This document shows, piece after piece, positions 46,597 to 55,876 of a stretch of 64,000 nt of DNA (positions within the stretch are counted from its first letter, which is position 1; every line of letters begins with the position of its first letter). The stretch spans positions 2,537 through 66,536 of the forward strand of contig JBKHAN010000011.1 of assembly GCA_046542845.1 (NCBI GenBank), in the 5' to 3' direction. This DNA is from Spirochaetaceae bacterium (GTDB lineage Bacteria > Spirochaetota > Spirochaetia > DSM-27196 > SKKC01). Below the pieces are notes generated by a model. The model saw only the letters and a list, made by a program, of their open reading frames with translations. It was not told where the DNA came from and ran no database searches. Position numbers and translations under genes: made by a program.

Positions 46597-47895
46597 ATGA
46601 ACCAACTCGCGCGAGAGCTTAACGCACTTCTTGAAGGTACCGTCATTGGCCGTGTTATGAGCGAGTACGGCCTGCGGTCGTTTTTCCCGAAAGGCATTGT
46701 GGCACAATCAGCCGAAGCGTCCGCGAAGGCGAATCGCTTTAATGCTACCGTCGGCATGGCATACGCGGCCGGAAACCCCATACTCGCGAACGCAGTGTCA
46801 AAACAGATTCCGGGTTTTTCCGCGAGAGAATCCGTCGCCTATTCTCCGACGGCCGGCACGCCCCGGCTTCGTGACACGTGGGAGGCCGAAATCCGACGAA
46901 AAAACCCTGGCCTCGCGGGCGCATCCATGTCAAAACCGGTACTGACGACGGGTCTGACGAACGGCATATTCCAGCTCGGAGAGTTATTCGTCGACCCGGA
47001 TGACAGAATCATTATGCCCGACCTGTTCTGGGGTAATTACCGTCTTATGCTCGAAACACGGCGGGAAGCGCGGATTGTGACCTTCCCGTTCTTCGACGAC
47101 AGCAACTCGTTCAATACCGCCGCGTTTCGCGCTGCCTGCGAAAAGCACCGCAGCGCGGGAAAGCTCATGATACTCCTGAACTTCCCGAACAATCCGGCAG
47201 GGTACGCTCCTACGGTCAAAGAGGCGGATGCGATTGTGACCGCACTCCACGACCTTGCCGAGGACGGCCTCGATATTATTGTCGTGACCGACGACGCTTA
47301 TTTTGGTCTGTATTATCGGGACGACGTGTACGGGGAATCGCTGTTTTCGCGTTGTGCCGATCTTCACGAGCGCGTACTCGCGTGCAAGGTGGACGGAGCG
47401 ACGAAAGAGGAGTACCTCTGGGGGCTGCGCCTGGGCTTTATTACCATAGCCGCGAAAGGACTGACACAGGTTCACTACGACGCCTTCGAGAAAAAACTGA
47501 CCGGGAGCATTCGTGCCTCGGTCTCCAACGGAAACACGCTTGGCCAATCCATCCTTCTGAGAATGCTCGAGGACCCGGCATGGCAGAACGAAAAAGAGCA
47601 CATTTACCGTGATATGCGCACCCGATATGAGACCGTGCAGGGTTTACTTGCCTCCTACGACGGGCCGCTTGTCGCGCTGCCGTGTAACGCAGGCTATTTT
47701 ATGAGCTTCGACTGCGGTGAGCTCGACGCCGAACAGATACGAGTGTATCTGCTTGAGCGCGGCATCGGGACAATATCGATACAGAACAGATTTCTCAGAG
47801 TAGCCTTTGCAAGCGTCGACGCGGAGGACCTGCCGAGCCTGTACAAAGAAATTTTTGATGCTGCACACGCTATCCGTGAAGAACAGACACAATAA
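46597..47895 (+). CDS. PLP-dependent aminotransferase, class I/II
   Basis: NFPNNPAGY and DGATKEEYLWGLRLGF (candidate PLP lysine) are present. Start trimmed to ATG 46597. Confidence 0.88.
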   Translation: MNQLARELNALLEGTVIGRVMSEYGLRSFFPKGIVAQSAEASAKANRFNATVGMAYAAGNPILANAVSKQIPGFSARESVAYSPTAGTPRLRDTWEAEIRRKNPGLAGASMSKPVLTTGLTNGIFQLGELFVDPDDRIIMPDLFWGNYRLMLETRREARIVTFPFFDDSNSFNTAAFRAACEKHRSAGKLMILLNFPNNPAGYAPTVKEADAIVTALHDLAEDGLDIIVVTDDAYFGLYYRDDVYGESLFSRCADLHERVLACKVDGATKEEYLWGLRLGFITIAAKGLTQVHYDAFEKKLTGSIRASVSNGNTLGQSILLRMLEDPAWQNEKEHIYRDMRTRYETVQGLLASYDGPLVALPCNAGYFMSFDCGELDAEQIRVYLLERGIGTISIQNRFLRVAFASVDAEDLPSLYKEIFDAAHAIREEQTQ

Positions 47896-49144
47896 CGTCT
47901 GCAAAGGTGCCGTTTCCCTGTTCCTGTTCGTGATGGTACTCGGCGGGTGCGCCGAAACACCGCAGCGACAGATCCGCGTGTGGACCGACGTTCCCGAGGT
48001 CCTCGACTATGCGATTCTGTTCAACGAACAGTCTGAAGCGTTCGACATCGAGGTCGAAGCCCGTGAGAACCTGCTCGATGCGCTGCAATCGGAACCGGAG
48101 GCACCGGATCTGCTTATAGGACGCTATCTCAATCAGGCCGCGGGCGATTCGGTATTCAGGGATGTCGGAGCGGTCGTTTCGCAAGCCGGTGGCTCGCAGC
48201 AATTCTACCCGGAGTTCCTTGCCTTGGGCCGTTTCGATGACGCGCAGCGGCTGTTACCGGTGTCGTTCGAGCTGTCGGCGGTGGTGTTTGCCGATGCGAT
48301 TGACCCGGAACCCGATTTCAGACTGTCGCTCGAGCTTGAGGCGATACGCGAAGCCGCAGCAGCCTACAACGTGGCCGGGCCTGCGGGAAGCGAACGAATG
48401 GGGTACTCGCCCTTGTGGCACGACGAGTTCGCACGGGTACTCCTTGAGGCACACGAGGTTTCGTTTCGTCGGGGAGCGGGCGGAGGTACAATCTGGAGTG
48501 CCGCACCTCTACGCGAAGCACTCTCGTTTGCAGGATCCTGGGTATCTGACTTGAACGACGGTCCGGACCGGTCGGACGCGTTTCAAGAACGATATCTGAC
48601 TCTTCCGGGCGTAGATCTCGTGAAAGACGGCCGTGTCGGTTTCGCTTTCGTGCCGAGCAGTGAGCTTCTGCAAAGCGGTTTCGCCGAACCCGGCGTGTAC
48701 GATTCGCGCTGGGTCGCGCATAACGGATCGATTGCGGTGAGGGATACGGTTATTATGGCCGGAATTCCGCGTCGTGCAGACAATCGAAACGGCGCCGAGG
48801 CGTTTTTACGCTGGCTCGTTGACCGCGAAACACAGCGGGAACTTCTGGAAGGCGCGACGCGCTCACCGCGTTTCAGCGCGGGCATACTCGGCGGGTTCAG
48901 CTCGCTTATACGCGTTAACGAACGCGATATGCTTCAGATATATCCGGACGTACTCGGCCGCGTACCGCCCGCCTCGGTGCTGCGCTGGCCGCCTCGCCTG
49001 CCACAGATGTGGCCCGCAATGCGGGACGAAGCGATTCTTCCGTGGGTACAGGAGCAGATTCGCGCCGGCGACTACGAGCGCTCTCCCGAGGCGTCGATCG
49101 AGGGCTGGCTGCGCCGGCAGGAGGTACCGAACTCCCCGAATTAG
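47858..49144 (+). CDS. Lipoprotein resembling an ABC-transporter solute-binding protein
   Basis: The signal peptide with lipobox reads AVSLFLFVMVLGGC. AGIPRRADNRNGAEAFLRWLVDRETQ resembles the family-1 SBP C-lobe motif. The start is uncertain (ATG 47858 or GTG 47876), and either one overlaps the upstream gene. Confidence 0.6.
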   Translation: MLHTLSVKNRHNNVCKGAVSLFLFVMVLGGCAETPQRQIRVWTDVPEVLDYAILFNEQSEAFDIEVEARENLLDALQSEPEAPDLLIGRYLNQAAGDSVFRDVGAVVSQAGGSQQFYPEFLALGRFDDAQRLLPVSFELSAVVFADAIDPEPDFRLSLELEAIREAAAAYNVAGPAGSERMGYSPLWHDEFARVLLEAHEVSFRRGAGGGTIWSAAPLREALSFAGSWVSDLNDGPDRSDAFQERYLTLPGVDLVKDGRVGFAFVPSSELLQSGFAEPGVYDSRWVAHNGSIAVRDTVIMAGIPRRADNRNGAEAFLRWLVDRETQRELLEGATRSPRFSAGILGGFSSLIRVNERDMLQIYPDVLGRVPPASVLRWPPRLPQMWPAMRDEAILPWVQEQIRAGDYERSPEASIEGWLRRQEVPNSPN

Positions 49145-49168
49145 CGGGGCGTCCCGGCTTAAATTTCG

Positions 49169-49197
49169 TTGACATCGGGAGATATAGCAATTACCAT
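49169..49197 (+). promoter_or_regulatory. Candidate sigma70-type promoter of the ABC ATPase gene
   Basis: TTGACA (49169..49174), a 17-nt spacer, then TACCAT (49192..49197). Confidence 0.4.
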
Positions 49198-49233
49198 CAA
49201 AAGCAATAAAATAACGCCGAATGGGGGTATTCC

Positions 49234-50355
49234 ATGGCAAACGTTGAGTTGAAAAACATCAACAAGATTTACGAAGGAAATGTTCAGGCCGTAAAGGACG
49301 CGAACATTACGGTACAGGACAAGGAATTCGTGGTACTCGTCGGGCCTTCCGGCTGTGGCAAGACTACGACGCTGCGAATGGTCGCCGGCCTTGAAGACAT
49401 CACGTCGGGCGAGCTGATCATCGACGGCAAGCTCGTTAACGACGTCCCGCCGAAGGACCGCGACATCGCGATGGTTTTTCAGAACTATGCGCTGTACCCG
49501 CACATGAGTGTGTACGACAACATGGCGTTCGGTCTGAAGATCCGCAAGTTCTCGAAGGACGAAATCAAGAAGCGGGTCGACGAAGCAGCCCGTATCCTCG
49601 ACATCGAGCAGCTCCTCGAACGCAAGCCCAAAGCGCTCAGCGGCGGTCAGCGACAGCGCGTAGCGGTCGGTCGCGCAATCGTCCGCAAGCCCAAAGTCTT
49701 CCTCTTTGATGAGCCGCTTTCGAACCTCGACGCAAAGCTTCGAGTGCAGATGCGCGCCGAAATTTCAAGCCTTCACAACCGACTTCAGGCAACGATGCTC
49801 TACGTTACCCACGACCAGGTCGAAGCAATGACCATGGGGGACAAGATTGTCGTCATGAAGGACGGTCTCATTCAACAGATTGGCGACCCGCTGACCCTGT
49901 ACAACAACCCGGTCAACCGCTTCGTTGCCGGCTTTATCGGCTCACCCCCCATGAACTTCATGAGCGTGAAAATTACCGAAGAGGGCGGAAAGACGTATAT
50001 CGACGAAGGAAACTTCAAGATGATCATTCAGGGAGAGCTCGCCGACATAGCGAAAGAATACATCGGCAAAGACCTGATATTCGGCATTCGACCGGAAGAC
50101 GTCAAGTACGACGAGAGCGCCAAAGAAGGCACTTTCATTCCCGCGTCGGTCGACGTTGTCGAGCCGCTCGGTGCAGAAACGCATCTGTTCCTGAACACCG
50201 GGAACCACAGCTTTGTCGGTCGTGTGGAACCGGCAGTCACGTTGAACGTTGGAGACCAGGGCAAGTTCGTTCCTGATTTCTCAAAGGTTACATTCTTTGA
50301 CCCGGAGACCGAACAGAGTCTCCGTGCCGTAAAGGACGCCCCGGTCGAGGTCTGA
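49234..50355 (+). CDS. Sugar ABC transporter ATP-binding protein (MalK/MsmX/UgpC type), no adjacent permease genes
   Basis: Walker A is GPSGCGKTT, the signature is LSGGQRQRVA and Walker B is LFDEPLSNLD. It has a MalK-type C-terminal regulatory domain. Confidence 0.93.
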   Translation: MANVELKNINKIYEGNVQAVKDANITVQDKEFVVLVGPSGCGKTTTLRMVAGLEDITSGELIIDGKLVNDVPPKDRDIAMVFQNYALYPHMSVYDNMAFGLKIRKFSKDEIKKRVDEAARILDIEQLLERKPKALSGGQRQRVAVGRAIVRKPKVFLFDEPLSNLDAKLRVQMRAEISSLHNRLQATMLYVTHDQVEAMTMGDKIVVMKDGLIQQIGDPLTLYNNPVNRFVAGFIGSPPMNFMSVKITEEGGKTYIDEGNFKMIIQGELADIAKEYIGKDLIFGIRPEDVKYDESAKEGTFIPASVDVVEPLGAETHLFLNTGNHSFVGRVEPAVTLNVGDQGKFVPDFSKVTFFDPETEQSLRAVKDAPVEV

Positions 50356-50392
50356 CACGCAGAATCTCCACAGGGCATCCGTACCTGCAAAC

Positions 50393-50424
50393 AGCCGATC
50401 CTCAACGGGATCGGCTTTTTTTTT
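50393..50424 (+). terminator. Intrinsic terminator after the ABC ATPase gene
   Basis: AGCCGATCC-TCAACG-GGATCGGCT forms a 9-bp stem and is followed by a T9 run. Confidence 0.8.
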
Positions 50425-50450
50425 GCATCTACTTGGAGTGATTGGACAGA

Positions 50451-50479
50451 TTGCGGTAAGCGGCTGTTCAGCCTATACT
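50451..50479 (+). promoter_or_regulatory. Candidate promoter giving a leaderless or near-leaderless mRNA for the MCP-like gene
   Basis: TTGCGG, a 17-nt spacer, then TATACT (50474..50479). The ATG is at 50490, only 10 nt after the -10 box, and there is no SD. Confidence 0.45.
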
Positions 50480-50489
50480 CTACAGACAT

Positions 50490-52286
50490 ATGGCGTCTTT
50501 CAGTTTTGATTTCCGCGAACAGATACAGGAAGCGCTGCAGGAGCTTGTTCTGCAGTCGGAAAGCTCCTATCTGCGCATCGGCCACAACTTTCCACGTCTG
50601 CTCAGGGAAATGGATCTTGGACTCTCTGAGAGCACCGAAATCATGACCGCCCTGCAGAGCGAGAACGGCTGCGGCGAAGCAACAGCGAGTGCATGTCTGC
50701 AGGAGGCTATCGCAAACGTCCGGGAGCTGATACAGGACGCGTCGACAAATTTCAGCGATATGCGCGACAAGGACAAGGCAAGCTTTTCCCAGCTTCAGGA
50801 TGCGCTCGTAAGCCTGAAAGGACTCGACGGCAACATCCACGAGATCAAGGAAGAATCGATCGAGATGGAGATAATCTCGATCAACGCCATGACCGCAAGC
50901 GTCCATGCCGGCGCAGCCGGGAAGGCGTTCTCCTACATAACCGAAGAACTCAAGCGACTTGCCGAGCGCACGATTTCGCTCAGCGAAGAGATTACCGACC
51001 GGGGCCGGCATCTGCGATCGGTATTCGAGACCTACCGCAGCGATATGGAGCAGTCCGCACAGACTCAGGAAGAGGTGTTCAGCTCTGCCGGTGCCCGGCT
51101 TGAGGAGAGTTTCACGTCACTCCAGTCGGGTATCAGCGGCGTCGTTGAGCGTCTGAACGAAATCAGCGCTGGTTCCTCGGAGGTTCGAAAGCCGCTGCAG
51201 CGCATTATGGAGGAAGTTCAGCTCCACGACATTATCAAACAGTCTATAGATCATGTTCTGATCTCCATGCGTGAGCTTACCGATATTACCACCCTCACAA
51301 GCGACGAAGCCGCGCTCGACGAGCTGAGCTTCTTCATGCAGCTGCCGGCGCTCTGCAACGATATTCTGACGGATGTTCGCGGCAAGCTTCTCGATAGTGT
51401 CGGTGTATTTCGGGAGCAGTCGAGACGGGCGACACACATCGTGGAGTCCGTGGAACGGGAGCGACGGGATTTCGTCAACCGGTTTATAGACCTTGACTCG
51501 CGGGACGAGGGTTCGGTGCAGACGCTGTACGATCAGGCATTGCACCGTCTTCAGCGGCTTCTGGACGACATGAACGCGAGTCTGAACGAGAAAAAACAGG
51601 TCGTGGAGCGCTCGAAGGTTCTTATGAAGGATGTGGAGCGCCTCTCAGATGGCTTTCGGACCTTCCGGGTCCTGCTGAATCGCTTTCGGAGCGTCGACAT
51701 ACACAGCAGGATCGAGGTCGCCAAGCAGACGGTACTCCAGGACATGGGCGGCACCGTGGATGAAATGACCGCACTCATTGCTCGCATAGAGACGGACGTA
51801 CAGAACGGTGTCGATACCACATCAACCTTTATGAAGGTAGCCAGTGAGGTCCTCGAAAGGTTCAGGGACGTACTGAACGACGAAGCCCGCTCCATACACG
51901 TCTTTGCATCGAGAATCCAGAGCTGCTACGATCAGTTTCAGGAAGCGCAACGGCTCCTTATGCGGAGCGTCAGCGACTACGAAGTATTCACGAATGACTT
52001 TCTGATGCTCTTCGATGAATCAAAGCGCGACTACACGAAACTCGAAGCGCTCGCCGAAGAAATTGAGCGTGTACGCAGTTCGCTCCTCGGTATCCGCGAC
52101 CAGGCGGCCGCTGAACGCAAACGGATTCTGCGCCGTAACGGGCTCACGGAGTGGAATATAGAGAGCGAGCGACTTCAGTCGATCATTGAGCGCTTTACGA
52201 TTTTTACACACAAGGTATCGGCAGGAAAACTCGTGGGCATAGACATCGAAGAAGGTGTCGGCGCCGGCGATATTACATTTTTTTAG
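50490..52286 (+). CDS. Soluble protein with a degenerate methyl-accepting-chemotaxis (MCP) signalling-tip-like segment
   Basis: There are no hydrophobic spans. Residues 125..161, EMEIISINAMTASVHAGAAGKAFSYITEELKRLAERT, align by eye with the MCP tip [34 protein letters not shown]. cheD follows 15 nt downstream. Confidence 0.7.
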   Translation: MASFSFDFREQIQEALQELVLQSESSYLRIGHNFPRLLREMDLGLSESTEIMTALQSENGCGEATASACLQEAIANVRELIQDASTNFSDMRDKDKASFSQLQDALVSLKGLDGNIHEIKEESIEMEIISINAMTASVHAGAAGKAFSYITEELKRLAERTISLSEEITDRGRHLRSVFETYRSDMEQSAQTQEEVFSSAGARLEESFTSLQSGISGVVERLNEISAGSSEVRKPLQRIMEEVQLHDIIKQSIDHVLISMRELTDITTLTSDEAALDELSFFMQLPALCNDILTDVRGKLLDSVGVFREQSRRATHIVESVERERRDFVNRFIDLDSRDEGSVQTLYDQALHRLQRLLDDMNASLNEKKQVVERSKVLMKDVERLSDGFRTFRVLLNRFRSVDIHSRIEVAKQTVLQDMGGTVDEMTALIARIETDVQNGVDTTSTFMKVASEVLERFRDVLNDEARSIHVFASRIQSCYDQFQEAQRLLMRSVSDYEVFTNDFLMLFDESKRDYTKLEALAEEIERVRSSLLGIRDQAAAERKRILRRNGLTEWNIESERLQSIIERFTIFTHKVSAGKLVGIDIEEGVGAGDITFF

Positions 52287-52301
52287 GACAGGTTATAGAT
52301 C

Positions 52302-52892
52302 GTGTTTACACATCTGCACTCGAAATTCGGAAAACGTATGATCACCATACACCCGGGTGAATATTTTGTGTCGGGAGATGACGAGATCATAGCCACGGTA
52401 CTCGGCAGCTGCATCGCGGTCGCGATGTACGACCGCATCTCGGGGTACGGTGGCCTGAACCACTTCATGCTTCCCGGTAACCTCGACCGTCCGGACAACT
52501 ACCTCAGCGGAAGTGGAAAATACGGCATGTTCGCCATGGAGCTGCTGATCAACGGGCTCCTGAAGGCAGGCTGTGACCGAAAGCGTCTCCGAGCCAAGGT
52601 GTTCGGCGGAGGATCGGTGCTGCGTTCAAAACCCGCTGCCTCCGGCCTGACAATTCCACAGAGCAACATTGACTTCGCGCTCGGCTTTCTAAAGGCGGAA
52701 GGCATACAGATCGAGTCTCAGGATGTGGGGGGCGTAGAAGCCCGCAAGGTACTGTTTTTCCCGAGAACGTCGAAGGTACTCCTGAAACGCCTGGCGGGCT
52801 CTGTAAAGACGGAAGTCGAACACGAAGAAGAAGCGTATCTGTCCAAACTGCAGACGATCCGGCCGAGGCGGGAAGACGTTACCCTGTTCTAG
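52302..52892 (+). CDS. cheD: Chemoreceptor glutamine deamidase CheD
   Basis: ATVLGSCIAVAMYD carries the catalytic Cys, and GGLNHFMLP is present. The start is GTG 52302; ATG 52338 is an alternative. Confidence 0.88.
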   Translation: MFTHLHSKFGKRMITIHPGEYFVSGDDEIIATVLGSCIAVAMYDRISGYGGLNHFMLPGNLDRPDNYLSGSGKYGMFAMELLINGLLKAGCDRKRLRAKVFGGGSVLRSKPAASGLTIPQSNIDFALGFLKAEGIQIESQDVGGVEARKVLFFPRTSKVLLKRLAGSVKTEVEHEEEAYLSKLQTIRPRREDVTLF

Positions 52893-53929
52893 GGACTGTC
52901 CGAGGGTACCGTCGCGAACAACCGGGCTATCCTTGCCTGGTAGGCGAGTTCGGAGAATCGTTCCACAAACACGGAGATCGACTCGAGAGCCACTCGCCGA
53001 TGCTCCGAAGCCTCCGATTCAATGCGAGGTGCATCTGTCTCCGGTTCGTCGACAAGGCGTCGAACCAGGGCATTTCGAACCGTCTCTGCGCCGAGCACCG
53101 CGCGCAACAGCGGAAACACCCGGTAACCCGCCTCAAGCGCCTGCATAACGGCGTCGGAACCGGAAGAGCCGAGCTCATCGCGCAGGTCATCAGTGGGTAA
53201 TCCTGCACGGTCACGTTCGAAGGCTTCATCAAAGAGATCGCGATACACCCGCGCGGTGGCATAGCGTTCGTTAAAGCGGTCGATTCCATCCTCGAGCTCG
53301 CGCAACATATCCCCCCGCGCGGATGTCCTGTCGCCGGAGCCGTCGGGAACACCAGGAGCGGCGGTCGGGATTGCGGTAAAGAGGTCCTGTGCCGGATCGT
53401 AGTGAAGCGCTCGGCGTACATTCGCAAACGCCTCGTCGCGGCCTCCGTTGTCTTCTTCAGGGGTACCGCGGCGAACGGCGGCGGTCCCTTCCCGTACCAC
53501 GAGCAGTACACCTCCACCGTGGCTGACCCGCACCTCGGCATGAACCCCGCTCAATTCCAGACTGATGTCACCCGTCCCGGGCTCAAGCACTACCGGCTGA
53601 GTCGTATCCGCCGCGCGCACATCGAGCGTACCGTACAGCAGGCGAAGACGGGTGCCATCGGGCGTCAGCTGAGTCGGCAGCAGCAGCGAATCCGGCGACA
53701 GCGTCATTTCCAGGTCTCCGGCACGCATTTCAAGCCCCTCGTCCGACTCCGACGCGACGATATCAAAGGAGCGAAGCAGTCCGTCCTCATCAAGGTCCTG
53801 CAACCAGGGTCGCGCCTCGCGTACGAGTGTAAACTCGCTGTCCGACGGCGTGACCTCCATTGCCGACAGCACGGCCGGCATAAGGAACAGAGCAAAACTG
53901 CAGGCAGGGACGCGAAGGAAAAAGTTCAC
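52889..53929 (-). CDS. Hypothetical secreted protein
   Basis: ORF 52889..54376 is trimmed, because the long form overlaps hom. GTG 53929 gives a signal-peptide-like VNFFLRVPACSFALFLMPAVLSA. ATG 54010 is an alternative start. I do not securely recognise a family. Confidence 0.5.
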   Translation of the reverse strand: MNFFLRVPACSFALFLMPAVLSAMEVTPSDSEFTLVREARPWLQDLDEDGLLRSFDIVASESDEGLEMRAGDLEMTLSPDSLLLPTQLTPDGTRLRLLYGTLDVRAADTTQPVVLEPGTGDISLELSGVHAEVRVSHGGGVLLVVREGTAAVRRGTPEEDNGGRDEAFANVRRALHYDPAQDLFTAIPTAAPGVPDGSGDRTSARGDMLRELEDGIDRFNERYATARVYRDLFDEAFERDRAGLPTDDLRDELGSSGSDAVMQALEAGYRVFPLLRAVLGAETVRNALVRRLVDEPETDAPRIESEASEHRRVALESISVFVERFSELAYQARIARLFATVPSDSP

Positions 53930-54019
53930 ATATCTACAATCGGACCGAAAGCCCACCGGCTTGAGCGGCAGACAGATTCGGTTGACGCGGTGACCGTGCC
54001 CCAGTAGCATCCTTAGACT

Positions 54020-55336
54020 ATGAAAAACCTCGAGGTAGGCGTACTCGTGGTAGGTTGCGGTACGGTCGGAAGCGGGACCGTGAGCGCCCTGCTGAACCAG
54101 CGCGAGACCATACAGGCCCGCACCGGCGTATCGCTCCGATTGACCGGAATCGTCAGTCGGACATTCTCCTCTGCGCGTAAACACGGCTTTCCCGAAACCC
54201 TGTTCCGGGAGGATCTCGAGACCGCGCTGAACGATCCGATGACCCGCATCGTCGTCGAGACCGTCGGCGGAATAGAACCTGCCGAAGCCATTATCCGGGC
54301 GGCGGTTGCCGCAGGCAAACACGTCGTTACGGCGAACAAGGCGCTGATCGCCGAACGTGGAAGCGAACTCTTTCAAGCCGCCCGCGACGCCGGAGTAACC
54401 ATCGCCTTCGAGGCGTCGTGCGCCGGGGGTATACCCATCGTCAGGAGCATCTACGACGGACTGTCGGCCAACAGAATCGACGCGCTGTTTGGAATCGTCA
54501 ACGGGACGAGCAACTTTATCTTAAGCCGCATGGTAGAGGACGGCGACAGCTACGAAGAGGTGCTCGCCGATGCGCAGCGGGAGGGATACGCGGAAGCAGA
54601 CCCGACCCTGGACGTTGACGGGACGGACAGTGCACACAAACTCGCTATTCTTTCCCGCCTCGCCTTTGGCGTAGGGGTACGGCCCGGCGACATACCGACC
54701 ATCGGCATTGACAGTCTCAACAGCGAGGATATTGCGCACGCCGCACGCCTCGGGTACGTGGTCAAGCTGCTCGCGGTCGCAAAACGCCACGGCGACGGTG
54801 TCAGCCTCTTCGTGCGCCCGGCTTTCATTTCACGGGAACACCCGCTGGCCTGGGTTTCGGGTCCATTCAACGCGGTGAGTGTCTATGGGAACGTCTCGGG
54901 GCATACCATGTACTACGGACGCGGGGCGGGAGGTGCACCCACCGGGGCAAGCGTCGTGGCCGATATTATCGCGATTGCGCGCGGCAGTTACGCGACGGTC
55001 TTCGAGCATTCCTGCGCCTGGGACCAGCGCGATACGACCCGGCATGTACCGGCTGAGGAACTCGAGCACCGCTTTTACCTGCGTATGCTTGTCGACGACG
55101 CGCCTGGCACGCTTGCACGGATTACCCGCATCCTGTCCGAGCACTCCATTTCGATCGCGAGTGTCATGCAGGCGGAATCGGGCGAAAGTGTACCGCCGGA
55201 ACCGGTGCCCGTGGTCATAACGCTGCACCGCACCGCTGAACGACAGTTGACCCAACCACTATCGGAAATTGCCGCTCTCGATGCGGTGAAGCAGCGGCCG
55301 ACGCTTATCACCATTGTTGATGAACACCCTGAGTAA
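54020..55336 (+). CDS. hom: Homoserine dehydrogenase
   Basis: The NAD fold is VVGCGTVGSG, NGTSNFILSRM is present, and there is a C-terminal ACT domain. Confidence 0.93.
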   Translation: MKNLEVGVLVVGCGTVGSGTVSALLNQRETIQARTGVSLRLTGIVSRTFSSARKHGFPETLFREDLETALNDPMTRIVVETVGGIEPAEAIIRAAVAAGKHVVTANKALIAERGSELFQAARDAGVTIAFEASCAGGIPIVRSIYDGLSANRIDALFGIVNGTSNFILSRMVEDGDSYEEVLADAQREGYAEADPTLDVDGTDSAHKLAILSRLAFGVGVRPGDIPTIGIDSLNSEDIAHAARLGYVVKLLAVAKRHGDGVSLFVRPAFISREHPLAWVSGPFNAVSVYGNVSGHTMYYGRGAGGAPTGASVVADIIAIARGSYATVFEHSCAWDQRDTTRHVPAEELEHRFYLRMLVDDAPGTLARITRILSEHSISIASVMQAESGESVPPEPVPVVITLHRTAERQLTQPLSEIAALDAVKQRPTLITIVDEHPE

Positions 55337-55392
55337 GGTGCACAGCCACGTCCCTGTTCTGATACAGTGGGTATGAGGTATACTTTTCAATC

Positions 55393-55860
55393 ATGAACAC
55401 ACGGAAGGTACGACGAACCGCCCTTATGTGGGCGACAGCATTTTTCATCTTCGGATGCGCAACCGTTCCGACGGACATTCCGGACGATCTGAGCGCTCCC
55501 GAACTGTTCCAGAGGGCGCAGGACTCCGTGGACGAAAACAATTTCCGGGCCGCCGAAGTGTATTACCGTGAAGCGCTTGACCGCTTCGGTGACGACCCGG
55601 AAGTTGCCACCGTCGCCGAATACGAACTCGGATTTCTGCGGTACAGGCAGGGAAACCTCGAAGAGGCCCGCCCCTTCTTCGAGGCAGTTGTGGCGCGTTA
55701 CGAACTGCCGGGAGCGACACAGCTACCGCCGTGGCCACCCGTGCTGTCACAGCAGTTTCTCGACCGCATAGAGGCGGGAGAGGGACCGGGAGCAAGCCCT
55801 CCGCCGGAAGGAGCTGAACCTCCGGCACCACAGCCCGGAAACGCGCCCGAGCTTCCGTAA
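55393..55860 (+). CDS. TPR-like lipoprotein
   Basis: The signal peptide with lipobox reads AFFIFGC. TPR-like helices are present (FRAAEVYYREALDRF, GNLEEARPFFEAVVARY). The C-terminus is Pro-rich. Confidence 0.7.
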   Translation: MNTRKVRRTALMWATAFFIFGCATVPTDIPDDLSAPELFQRAQDSVDENNFRAAEVYYREALDRFGDDPEVATVAEYELGFLRYRQGNLEEARPFFEAVVARYELPGATQLPPWPPVLSQQFLDRIEAGEGPGASPPPEGAEPPAPQPGNAPELP

Positions 55861-55876
55861 TTCGAGAAGCTCTAGG

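Noticed and set aside
53930-54376. The upstream part of ORF 52889..54376.
   Set aside because: It overlaps hom on the opposite strand. The signal-peptide-like sequence begins near 53929.
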